Source: Balanoglossus misakiensis
Lineage: Eukaryota > Animalia > Hemichordata
Assembly: GCA_040954595.2 (NCBI GenBank)
Contig: CM082585.2
Location: 8,629,649-8,693,648 of the forward strand
Reading direction: 5' to 3'
Length of the DNA: 64,000 nucleotides
Below are positions 28,495 to 39,700 of this stretch, one piece after another. How positions within the stretch are numbered: position 1 is the stretch's first letter; every line of letters starts with the position of its first letter. Position numbers and translations under genes: made by a program. The notes beneath the pieces were generated by a model. The model searched no databases. It saw only the letters and a program-made list of their open reading frames with translations, and was not told the DNA's origin.

Positions 28495-29526
28495 ATGGCG
28501 ATACTATCAAACGGTAGCGCTTTGGACCTGGAGACGAACGGTACCCATTCAGGGGGTCATTACAGCTTCGGCGAAACGTTCCAGAATGTCCTCCTGTCCA
28601 TATCCCTGATCGGCATGGTGGACAACATCATCGTCTGCTACGTCATCTGCCGCGTCAAGGCGCTGCAGAACCTCACCAACGCCTTCGTCTTCAACCAGGC
28701 GGTTGTCGACACCCTGGCGTCGTTCCTGATCGTGGTGAACCACCTGGTCGACCCGACCAACTTCGACGGCTTCGGTGGGCAGATCCTGTGCCGCGTCTGG
28801 AAGTCCAGGTTTCTCCTGTGGGCCTGCTTCACCACGTCCACCTACAGTCTGCTGGCGATGACCTTCGAGAGGTACTTCGCCATCGTCTACCCCCTGCGGT
28901 ACATCTCCGCCTTCACGGCCGGGAAGGTCCGGGCGATTATCGCCACGGTCTGGGTCTTCTCCTTCGTCTCGTCCACCTACCCCATTTTTCTCAGATCTGT
29001 ATCACCGGATGGAGTATGCCTTCGCACGTCTGGCTCCATTACAGCCAGAACAGCGATATCTCTCTACGTATTCATCTACCAGTACTTGCTTCCGTTACTG
29101 CTCATGGCGTTTGCGTACATCCGCATCGCGACCACGTTGGGCAAGACCTCAAAAGCGCAATCTCTGCCCCCGCCCTCTACATCGCGAACAGCCGACACCA
29201 GCACCCAAGGCAGCCCGGTAAACCAGGCCCGCCAAGCGACCATTAACAAAGCCCGCAAGAACGTCTTCAAGGCGTTCTGTCTGGTTTTCTTCGCCTACGT
29301 CATCTGCTGGACGCCGAATCAAGTCTACTTCATGGTGTTCTACGTGTTGGACCTCTTCGGCAATTTCAGTTGGAGAGTTCACGAAATCACCATCATACTA
29401 GCCTACTGCAATTCGTGCATCAACCCCCTCATCTACGCTCTCAAGTATCGGAGTTTCCGCTCGGGCTTGCGGAAGGCCTTCTTTTGCGACAGCAGCGTGG
29501 ACGATTCGTCTTTTGCGATGGCATAG
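28495..29526 (+). CDS. Intronless orphan class A GPCR (galanin/allatostatin-A-receptor-like annotation class), 343 aa
   Basis: ATG 28495. Motifs NQAVVD, LCRVW, TFERY, YLLP, CWTPNQ, NSCINPLIY and FRSGLRKAF. Probable 5'UTR intron: donor after 27901, acceptor ending 28468. Confidence 0.93.
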   Translation: MAILSNGSALDLETNGTHSGGHYSFGETFQNVLLSISLIGMVDNIIVCYVICRVKALQNLTNAFVFNQAVVDTLASFLIVVNHLVDPTNFDGFGGQILCRVWKSRFLLWACFTTSTYSLLAMTFERYFAIVYPLRYISAFTAGKVRAIIATVWVFSFVSSTYPIFLRSVSPDGVCLRTSGSITARTAISLYVFIYQYLLPLLLMAFAYIRIATTLGKTSKAQSLPPPSTSRTADTSTQGSPVNQARQATINKARKNVFKAFCLVFFAYVICWTPNQVYFMVFYVLDLFGNFSWRVHEITIILAYCNSCINPLIYALKYRSFRSGLRKAFFCDSSVDDSSFAMA

Positions 29527-29672
29527 ATGAAATCTATTGTTAAGCGCACGAACTGCATATATAGAATTCTATGTTGTATTCTATGTAGAATTAAGCTACG
29601 TAGAATTCATATAGCTACTATGACGACTAATCATCCTTGTTTGGTAAACTTCTTTTGTGTCACAGTGAAAGT

Positions 29673-29781
29673 AATACGGTATCAATACAGTTACTGATTA
29701 CATGTATGTGGCTCTTGTACAATACGGTATCAATACTACTAATTACATGTATGTGGAAATACGGTATCAATAGTCTACTAA
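29673..29781 (+). repeat. Short imperfect tandem repeat (~3 copies, 37-48 bp)
   Basis: aatacggtatcaata recurs at 29673, 29721 and 29758. The first two copies are followed by attacatgtatgtgg. Confidence 0.8.
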
Positions 29782-32770
29782 AATATGTAGAAAAAAGTGC
29801 GTGTAAAATGCGTTTCCTCTTTACTGTAACAAACCACTCCATATTTTTTGTGATCATCAAACGTTTGTCGAAATTTTGCTTCGACTTTACCGTTTTCAGT
29901 TTTATATGTTCTGCCTTTGTCCACTCCTGTTTTTTTCAGACTTGTTTGTAAGAAGTCAATTATGACGTAGACATGTAGACCCCCCAAAAGTGACCCAGGT
30001 GAAATGAACTGGGCTTTTATATTAAAAGACGTGTACAGCCAGTTCTTTATCAATGTGTATGTACAGCAGAAAGCAATAAATAACACTGACCTTTTGCGTG
30101 TTTTTCTTTTCTTTTCCGAGGATTGAACTGATCTCCTACAACAGCGAGACCTAAGGTCTGATCCTCTTACAGCATATTGCGATTTCTGTAGAATCAAGAC
30201 AAATGAAATAATTAAACACAAGTTTTTCATCTTATTTTTATAATGCAACGGAGCTAAGAAATATAAACTATTACTTTTTTGCTGTAATGGTAATAAGCCG
30301 TATAATAGAATGGTTTCCTTCGATCCCATGAAACCACCCATGTCATTCTCCGTATTAAACTTTACTGTAGATAGTATAGCACAGACGTGATAAGAAGAAA
30401 GGGATGAATAAGCGTGCCTTGTGTGTCATTCTATTTACAGTAATCTATTGCTAATAATTCGTTGTTAGGGAAACCGTTACCCAGAATTGCCAACACCAAC
30501 TGAGAAGGGAAAATACAATCTTGCTGATAACCTGAATGGCATATTATTTAACAACATTCATATCTGCTTTGACATCATGTCGGAAGGATCTTGAACGGAT
30601 GACAAAAATGGGAATGATATTTTGTATGGTTCATCTGATTTCTACCCCGACATCCGGAGTGACTGTTTTGATCACGTTCCTTTCAATACCTAACCGGGGG
30701 TCGCATCTGATAACACTGCAGCTATGAATGATATTTGAAATAGATGTTAATTACACACGCTCCGGTCACAATTGAGTTTATTCACACGAATAGGCAGCAC
30801 GAAGCCCATTAGTAATTTGCCGTGCGATCAGAACTCGTTATCCTTGTGGGCGACACGAAACGACAAGGCACTTGCACACGTCACAAAGGTGATAACCCTC
30901 AAAGCCCTTGCCATATATGAATGGTGAGTCTGCTGTGATGATATCGGTGGCACGGGGCTGCGGCATCTCTCACAAGTTTCACAAAGGTCGACGACGCAGT
31001 GACTCTGGGGTGCATCGTGACATTTGCACGAACCCGTCGGCCAAAACAACCGAAGTACGGTCCATTTCAATACCCTCACGTTGCTGTCGTGTCATCTAGA
31101 AACGAAGGAAGGCCAGCGACAAGACAACGCGTGACCCCTTCTGAGCAGTGGGAAGTTTCTGAAATCACGGTAAGTGCCTGAAGTTCAGTATACGCTTTCA
31201 TCGAAATCACATGATGTACAAAGACGACCAGATCCCCGGTAGATCCAACGGCAACAACGCAATCTACCGCACCTTGCTATGCGACAGTTGCCCAGCGCTG
31301 CGTTTTTATTAGAGATAATTGAAACTGGCTCGCTTTTACCTATTTACCATAGAAGCAGGGTATCGTTTTGTTAGTATAATAATACACGTTTGGGGGATCG
31401 AATTTCTAATACTCGTCATAGCCTATAGGCGGATGTGAATCATTCATAGATACATATGCCTCTAGATTTTAGGCATTGAGGTAAGCAAATCAAAAGAGGG
31501 TAGGCTACAATTTGCATGGAGCAAAAGAAAGTCTTTCAACCGTACATGGTCTATTCTCGTTATGTACATGAACAGGTCATACATAATCTCAAGGATATAT
31601 AGACCTATAACAGGCAAGAATGTTCTCTCTCGAAATTCGTTGATCCGCAAAGCGACCGTGTTATTTATTAATAGTGTCCCGCAGTGCATAGACAGAGTAT
31701 CAAGACATGGTTCTCTGAATCTCGCTGTCATGACTATGGTTTTACCATTGGTTGTAAGAAAACGATTTAAATAGTAAAAAAAACACGTCCCAAATTCCAT
31801 TCGCAACGATTAAATATAACAGATGTATGCCCAAGCAAGCTTCCTGACAAAATGGAAAAAAGGTCAGTATGATAAAAGTTATTTTGAAGTGTTAAGCAGT
31901 CAAGGGCACATGTGCGGAGTGATATGAGGCCGTTAGTCATTGGTTAAGGGGCAGAAGTGAGAAGGTATGTAGAAAAAGTAGTAATCTCCATTACAAGGAC
32001 TTCGCTGAAAGCTTTGAACTCTGCAACACAATCCCCCAACTACTTGTACGTCTGACTACATTTTACTTATTTCAAAAGGAACCATATAGGGGCATGATAT
32101 TTATGGCAACAGATTCCTATAAACCCACCATGGCCAAAAGGTGTGCGGCGAATTATTGACCATGGGGGAATTAACATAGTCCTGTTGATAGATTTTGGCG
32201 TAATTATCACGGCAGATCTTGCACGTATGGTTATTGACCCCCCTGCATGTACTCGAGGTGCACGAATCTGCTTGTATAAAGGGACACTTGGTACAGATGA
32301 TATGCACATACTGTTGCAGGCAGCCGCAGCGAGCAGGATCCTCAAACAAGCCAACCACAGTTTTGCCGGCGAGCTTCTTACAAGAGAAGCAACTCGACTT
32401 GGAAAGGTAGGACTTGTTTCAAGATCCACTACAGAACAATGTAAACACACCCCAACGTCTTCAGTTTTGATATTAGCTATCAGACTGGCCGTTCTGACCA
32501 CTGTTTACTTAACCCGTGAAGACAATTTCACACACAGTATACAGATCAGGGCATAGTAAGGATTAGACTTCGTATCATTATTTCGTATAAATACCATGTT
32601 TTACCTACAAAACTACTTTCGCTTAATAACAATGGTTGACACCTCGCCAACAACAAAACTTATGCTGAACATATATTCTAAAAATCCATTATCAGAATTT
32701 GTCTGACTTCCTTGGAATTACAATTACCTCAAATTTCTGACACAAACATAATATTTACTTCATCAGAGAC

Positions 32771-33817
32771 ATGGCGAGTGTGTCGAATGGCGTCATCGAC
32801 GCTGTGAACGAGACATTTGCGGGCAACAACACATTGAACAGCACTGGGGAAACCATCGGTTGGCAGATGGAGTACAGCGACACATATAAAGTCCTGCTCG
32901 TTGTCATTGCATCGGTCGGGATAACCGGCAACCTGTTCGTCTGCTTCGTCATCGGGCGAGTGCCGGCCCTGCAGACGCGCACAAACCTGTTTGTGGTGAA
33001 CCAGGCGATCGTCGACTTTCTGTCGTCGGTCGTGCTGATCATGGTCAACCGGCTCCCCGAACAAGCCCACTACGCGGCGTCCTCCTTCATCGACAGGCTC
33101 ATCTGCCGCGTGTGGGTGTCGCGCTACCTCATGTGGAGTGTTTTCCTGGCGTCTACCTACAGCCTGGTAGGCTTGACGGCAGAGAGGTATCTGGCCATCG
33201 TCTACCCGCTGGCGTACGTCGCCAGGTTTACGACACGGAAAGCGTACATCATGATAGGACTAGCCTGGTCCTGTGCCTTCACTTGGCAAACGTACGCAAT
33301 TTCACGATCCCTGGTGATCGATGGGCAGTGTCGAAAAATAAGGGGCTCGGCAGAATACAGCAAGCTCATCGGGGTTTTCTCGTTTTCAGTCCAATATTTC
33401 ATCCCGCTCGCCCTCATGGCGTTCGCCTACTCACATATTTCAGCCGTTTTGGACCCAAAGAAAAAAACCAATCCGGCAGCACCAAGCCAATTGACAAGCT
33501 CAACAACAGGTCCCCAGTCCACTGATATTCACCAGGGAAATAGCTCTATCCAGCGGGCACGACGAAATGTTTACAAAACATTTTGCCTTGTCTTCTTTGC
33601 CTATGCTATTTGCTGGACACCAAACCAAATACACTTTCTCTTACATAACTTAATGGTGTACAGATCGGTTAACTTTCGTGTCCACGAACTTACAGTCCTG
33701 ATGGCTTACTGTAATTCGTGCATCAACCCGGTAATTTACGCCATTAAATACAAACAATTCAGGTCTGGAATTAGACAAGCATTCGGCTGCCCAAATGGTG
33801 TCAACAGCATGGCTTAG
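32771..33817 (+). CDS. Intronless orphan class A GPCR, paralogue of 28495..29526, 348 aa
   Basis: Motifs GITGN, NQAIVD, ICRVW, TAERY, YFIP, CWTPNQ, NSCINPVIY and FRSGIRQAF. An acceptor (catcag, 32766) lies just before the ATG, and there is a candidate UTR-exon donor at 31171 (gtaagt). Confidence 0.94.
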   Translation: MASVSNGVIDAVNETFAGNNTLNSTGETIGWQMEYSDTYKVLLVVIASVGITGNLFVCFVIGRVPALQTRTNLFVVNQAIVDFLSSVVLIMVNRLPEQAHYAASSFIDRLICRVWVSRYLMWSVFLASTYSLVGLTAERYLAIVYPLAYVARFTTRKAYIMIGLAWSCAFTWQTYAISRSLVIDGQCRKIRGSAEYSKLIGVFSFSVQYFIPLALMAFAYSHISAVLDPKKKTNPAAPSQLTSSTTGPQSTDIHQGNSSIQRARRNVYKTFCLVFFAYAICWTPNQIHFLLHNLMVYRSVNFRVHELTVLMAYCNSCINPVIYAIKYKQFRSGIRQAFGCPNGVNSMA

Positions 33818-33880
33818 GTCATCTTTCAGAATATTAGAATCGACCGTAAATGAATGACAGAGGTTAAAGTGTCCCTATCT

Positions 33881-34224
33881 GTAACTTATAGAAGTCATGA
33901 ATATGTAATTAGTAATTTTTGAGTATGTAACTTGTTAACTATTTCAGGACATGCATTTGTAACTTATAGAAGTCATGAATATGTAATTAGTAAATTATGC
34001 ATATGTAACTTGGTACCTTTTGCGCGACATGCATATGTAACTTATAGAAGTCATGAATATGTAATTAGTAATTTTTGCATATGTAACTTGTTAACTATTG
34101 CAGGACATGCATGTGTAACTTATAGAAGTCATGAATATGTAATTAGTAAATTATGCATATATGTAACTTGTAAACTATTGCAAGATATGCATGTGTAACT
34201 TACAGAAGTCATGAATATGTAATT
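33881..34224 (+). repeat. 78-bp minisatellite, ~4.4 copies, just 3' of the GPCR stop
   Basis: Unit gtaacttatagaagtcatgaatatgtaattagta... starts at 33881, 33959, 34037, 34115 and 34195. Confidence 0.95.
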
Positions 34225-35662
34225 TGTATATGGTAAATATAATATGAAGACACACTACTCACACGTGACTTGCACAAATTGTGAATAAAATGCTTGATGG
34301 TGAATATCAATGATTATGTTCTATTTCTTGTAGAAAATAAGATGACAAACAAAATCATTCCCAACATACTAAGCTGAAACCTTCGAGACTGACAATTTCA
34401 TTTTCGCTATGTATTAGTCCATTACGTATATTGCACTTTTTTGCCACTAGCATATCCAGAAGACATATGCATGTTGTTTGAGACAACACAAAGCAAAAGA
34501 CTGTTAATAAGTCACATTTGTATTAGTCCGACTTTAAACATTGTGTGAAGTAGCATCTGTTGGAATATGGGAGGGTTGAGGGCGCTGGAACGTATGTATA
34601 CACACTCGTGTAACCTGCATACGACACGTTGTGAACTGAATATGCTAATGTGGTGGGCCTTTATGATTCAAACTGCCTCTGTAATCTGGCAAGTTCTTGT
34701 TGGAACCAACTGTTCACACTCGAATAAGAAATAAGGAATACACAATTATTTGCTTCCATTCAACTAAGCTCGTGTAGAGCCTAGCTAATAACAATACATC
34801 AAATAAACTAAATGATGCCTAAAATTTGTTGATCTGCAACATTGCTTCGATTCTACGAATGCGTGTAACTACGTACTTATCTGCGGGCGCTTTTATTATA
34901 TAACGCTGCTTCACAGTATAAGGGACCCATCACAGCCAATTTTATACATGCTGATTCGAATGAATAGTTAATCCCTTCGCTGACAATGAATGTTGTGTTC
35001 CTCTTTTCTGTGTGCAGTTAAAAGCAGACGCAATACCTTTAAATCGAGAATGCGTTGAGAAGTACACGCGTCTATATCTTTTCACGACTTCCGAGAAAGT
35101 CCTAAGGAAATAACATTTACAAAATAATAACTATTAATTTCAGATTTTCTCGCATCTCAATAACAATCACGCTTGAAACAATTAATGTTTCGCTCAATCG
35201 CGGGATGGGTGTGGACATTAAAGGGATACGGTATCCTATGCAAATTTAACCATGGAAAATTCAAATATAGCCACCTTGTATTGCTAGTATGCATCCGTCG
35301 ACAAGGTCTCTTTAGAAAGCGGCCAGCATAAAGAGCTTCTCCTTTGATGACGTACACGCAATTACTAAGATGTATCCACAGTCAAGACGACATATTAAAA
35401 ACGTTTTGTGTCGTGGCTGAGAGACGACACCTTCTGGGCATTAAGACTTGAGACGAACCGATCCCATCCTCACCATTTCACGGGAAATGCTGAAGGGGTT
35501 CACATTTTCCATTGCAGTGAATGCGTTGGCAAGACCACGTGCGAGAGAGCTGCGCACATATAAGAGACGTTTCGTTTGTAATGGGGAATTAATCTGCCGC
35601 GTATATGCAGATAGCCACCTTTGTGGGGGTAAGCCTGTAGCTTTTGAAACTGTTCATCTCAG

Positions 35663-35853
35663 CTGATCACGATCATGACCCCGCGGGCTTCAATGACGAC
35701 GGAGAAAGCATTGTGAACGTCATTAAAGGGAAGCAGCGCAACATATCCCGCCTCAAGCCGCAGGTCGTTCAAAAGTACTTTAAAAACAAACCGGAGATCG
35801 AGACGGAGGAGGACGCGAAGAACCGAGTCCTTTGCGACATCAACTCTGTCTGA
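35663..35853 (+). other. Orphan coding-like segment (possible terminal exon or pseudogene fragment)
   Basis: Acceptor ...tcatctcag at 35662, then (A)DHDHDPAGFNDDGESIVNVIKGKQRNISRLKPQVVQKYFKNKPEIETEEDAKNRVLCDINSV* with mostly G/C third positions. No family recognised. Confidence 0.35.
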
Positions 35854-36094
35854 AGGAAATGCCGTGACGTATGGCGTATTTGTCATTCCAATGACCGCAA
35901 GGTGTTTAAAAATCAACTCCGCGTATATCAACCGTGAGAAGAATCACCACCGGCGTTTATGCAAACCAGTCGGCTCCCCATGAAGTACACTTGTAACAGC
36001 TTGAACCCTGTTTACTTGAAAGAACATTCTACATTTCCTATTTCACGATTTCTGAAAAGTACACACAGATAACAAACACCAAATGCAAGGAGAC

Positions 36095-36240
36095 TCCTGA
36101 TTGGCGGAAGCTCCTGAAAGTTCAAAGTTCAATGCTGTCACGTGACCGACGTCCAGCCAATGACAACGAACGGGCGGCAAGACGGACTTCGTCGCCTGCG
36201 TGACGTCTTCCGCGCTATCCGAAAGCCCATTGGCAATTGG
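36095..36240. promoter_or_regulatory. Motif-dense promoter-like region upstream of guanylyl cyclase 1
   Basis: Four CCAAT/ATTGG boxes, GCGGAAG (ETS-like), AGTTCA-A-AGTTCA DR1 (36119-36131), a perfect GTCACGTGAC palindrome (36137-36146) and a TGACGTC CRE-like site. CpG-rich. Confidence 0.55.
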
Positions 36241-36757
36241 AGAGAATTTTTGGTGCGGAGACTTTTATCGTGAACACAACGACTGTGTTGCAAGATGGTG
36301 AAGTCAATCGGATGCGGCGCTTTGCGGAAGTGAGTTAGAGCACGTATTGCATTGTCGCGGTCTCCTTTGAGCAGTTGTCCTTGGACACCAGCGCAAGTTC
36401 CGATCTGATTTTGCCGATTTGCGAAAGTAGTGCCTAAAGCAAAGAACATGCAGCGCAGCGAACAATTATACATAAATGAAATATCACTCACGCATATACT
36501 GTTAGTATTGTCAACTTGTATTGTTACAGACGTGTAAATCAGAACTGGTTTAGGCCTATACATCGATTTAGGGTGGAGACTTTGCATCCAATGAACGAGA
36601 AGCAAATATATGATAATCAACAGACAACTTGCTTGATTTGCGAAATATTAATCAAAAGCGTAGGGTAGCCAAGCCGTTGAACAGCGTTTGCATTGGTTTT
36701 TCAACATCGAGCCGCTCACATCACAAGACTATACGCTGACCGAGTTATTGGATAGAC

Positions 36758-39700
36758 ATGAGAGTTTTGACGAACACGTTGGTGCTCACTTTGGCTTTAA
36801 TGCTAACGATTTTTGTTTGTGTCCGTGGAGAAACGTTTCGCGTGCTTTTGATGATTCCGACGCAGTACAGCCCGGCACTGCTGCCTGCAGCGCAGGTGGC
36901 TTTTGAGACCGTAAATTCGGACCCAGAAATTTTACCCGGCCACAATCTGACCTACGATTTCTTGGACACGAGGTGCGACCCGATCTTTGCACTTGGGAAG
37001 GTTGTTGATTTGATGCAACGCAGGCGGTATGTGGCCTTCATCGGGCCGTCGTGTTCGGCCGTCTGCCGCCACACGGCCAGGCTTGCCGTGTACTACAACC
37101 TGCCGACGTTCACCGGCGCGTGCACCGGCGACGAGATGCTCGACAGGAGCCACTTCACGACTCTGATTCGCACCTACGGCACCACGTACAAGCTGGGCGT
37201 CTTCGTCAGGTACGTCTGCGAGACGTTCAACTGGCGCAGAATCGGCGTCATCACCGACGGCTCGCATTTCACGGTCTTCGCCGATGGCATCGTCTCTGCC
37301 GTGGAAAACGCCAACATAACGCTGGCCGCGTACATATCCATGACCGATCCGAGCAAACAGCTTATGGAAACGGTGCAAGAAGTTGCAAAGGTCTCAAGAA
37401 GTAAGTAGATCAGACGCTTTTTTTCTAGCGAAACAAAAAAAACTACTAGAGTTTAATAGCAAATATTTGGGTGTGATTTACACGTCTACTTCAATCGATT
37501 TCTAGATTTAGACATTTACTGCATTTAAAATTAAAAGGGATTTTAATTTGTTTGCTACTGAATGCTGTTTGTTACTTGATGTTGGAAGGCCAGCGCAATG
37601 ATCTTTTTAACTGTATACATGTACAACTATTGCATGATCCGCAATGACGTAAATGTCCTATGCAAATACGACACCTGCACTGAGAAATACAATCAACATT
37701 GACGAGCTGCATATTCAAGTTGAGAAGACCACGCAGCCACAAATAAGTAACAAAGATCAGGTTTAGTTGACTTCGCTGCACTGACCCTCGGCCAAGTTCC
37801 CTAGACAACGTGATATTTTGATGACAGCGTGTACCATACTGCAAGCTTGTCACCCGAAATTATTCACGTGATTTTCGTCGTTTCTCACACAGTCATCATC
37901 TTCTGCACATCCGCCACGTACACGCGGCTACTGATGATAGCGGCGTACAAGTTGGGCATCGTTACAGACGAATACGCCTTCTTCGCCATCTCCACCGACA
38001 GCAAAAGTGGACTGTCCGTGTTCACATGGAAAAGGGGCGAAAACGCAACCGAAGACGAAATGGCGAGGAAAGCGTACGAGGTAAGCTTACCCGTCTCCAT
38101 ATTGTCGTCCGTGCTATATCGATAGTTCTGGGTCAAATGATTTAATACCCAGTATTAGGCTACTGTGACTTTGAGCTATTTTATGTTATATTTTCTCTAT
38201 AAATGTATTAACTCCAGTTGCATGTGCTACTCTGGACAGCTTTATGAATGTTCAGTCTGTAGCTTCTGAACAAAGCCTGTATACGAGTAACGGCCATTGT
38301 TATTGTAGACAAATGAATTCAAGTCCGGACCTGAATTAGAAATTCATCAATAACAATAACAAGGCTGGTGCATTCCAACAGGCTGTGTAGAAAACCCAAA
38401 TACTGAGCAATTCTATCTGTTTAACAGATTAGAACAAGAAACCACAGTTGATACCCAGAACAGACACAGCCCAAAGTTGGAGTTTCATGCAGCCAATCAT
38501 GACATCATACTTATTCATGCAAACTTTTTTTCTAGGGACTTTTCATTTTGGCGAAGATGGAGCCAGACACAGAAGAATACCGGAATCTCACCAAGGAACT
38601 CAAAGAACGAGTGGCGGCTGCAAGCGGGGACGACGCACAAGATGTTCGGGTAAACACACGGGGTGCCCCCGCCCCGCGGGCAAAACGCATCTGTTGTTGA
38701 TATTTCGGGCTTAGAGTAGAACCCTTTATGCAGTCAATCTACGCGATTCTTAGAAATGAACGGTGTCTTCACTTTTATCAAAATTACGCCCCCTGGAGCC
38801 ACATGATGTATATTAAGACAGGACATTGAATGTTAATAGGCGAAGAAATCATCTCTGGTAATCGTTTGCGCACACGAAATATCTGGCGTCCTCGAGGTAG
38901 ATATGGAACTAGTTATTTCTCCAATATAGCTTCATTTTTGATATCAAAACCATGATTATTGCAACGTCTATGGACTGAATAAATCGATATCTTCTGAATA
39001 GCCTTGACTTAAATAGTCCAATCAATTCTACAAAGGTTGCGTAAATTTACCAGCTATTACCTGAAAGTGTATCTCATTCATTCATTCAATCAATCATTCA
39101 CCCAACCAACCACGCGCTCGCTCACTCACCTAACTACTCACGTACACACTCACCTGGCCACCAACCCACCCACGCACCCATCCACCTACCCATAAACACA
39201 CCTACCTACCAAGACAAACAACAATCAATCTCAATCAATCTTAATAATTTCAGGTCCATCTAGCTGCGTACATGATGTATGACGCCCTCTATCTCTACGC
39301 ATTTTCACTGAACGAGACGTTGGCTGAGAACGGCAGTGCCTATGATGGATATTCCATAGCCAGAAGACTTTACGGGCGCAATCAATTACCCGGTATGCGA
39401 AAACAACTCTCTATGTTATAGAAGCCGATAATCTGTCTACGCAGAATGGATCAATCACAATTTACTTAAAGACGTCATCATTTCTAAGTGTTTTATAATA
39501 TCCAAAAAGTGATTATTGTAATGGCAGAGCATCTCTTCAGTCAGACAGTTCTATTTAGATCCGTTGCTGCCAAAGGCAAACAAGTCTAATGGTTATAACA
39601 ATTAAGTTATTAAATATCACCATAACTAAATTCGTGTTGAATTCACGTTGAAAATGCTGATGATTGAAGCTGTGTTAAACTATAACATTCAAAATGGCTG

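Noticed and set aside
32067-32556. Overlapping 137-144 aa ORFs on both strands upstream of GPCR 4
   Set aside because: No recognisable domain or codon bias. Probably lies within the 5'UTR intron.
33881-34224. Regularly spaced repeats that superficially resemble a CRISPR array
   Set aside because: The whole unit is repeated with no unique spacers, no cas genes are present, and the context is eukaryotic.
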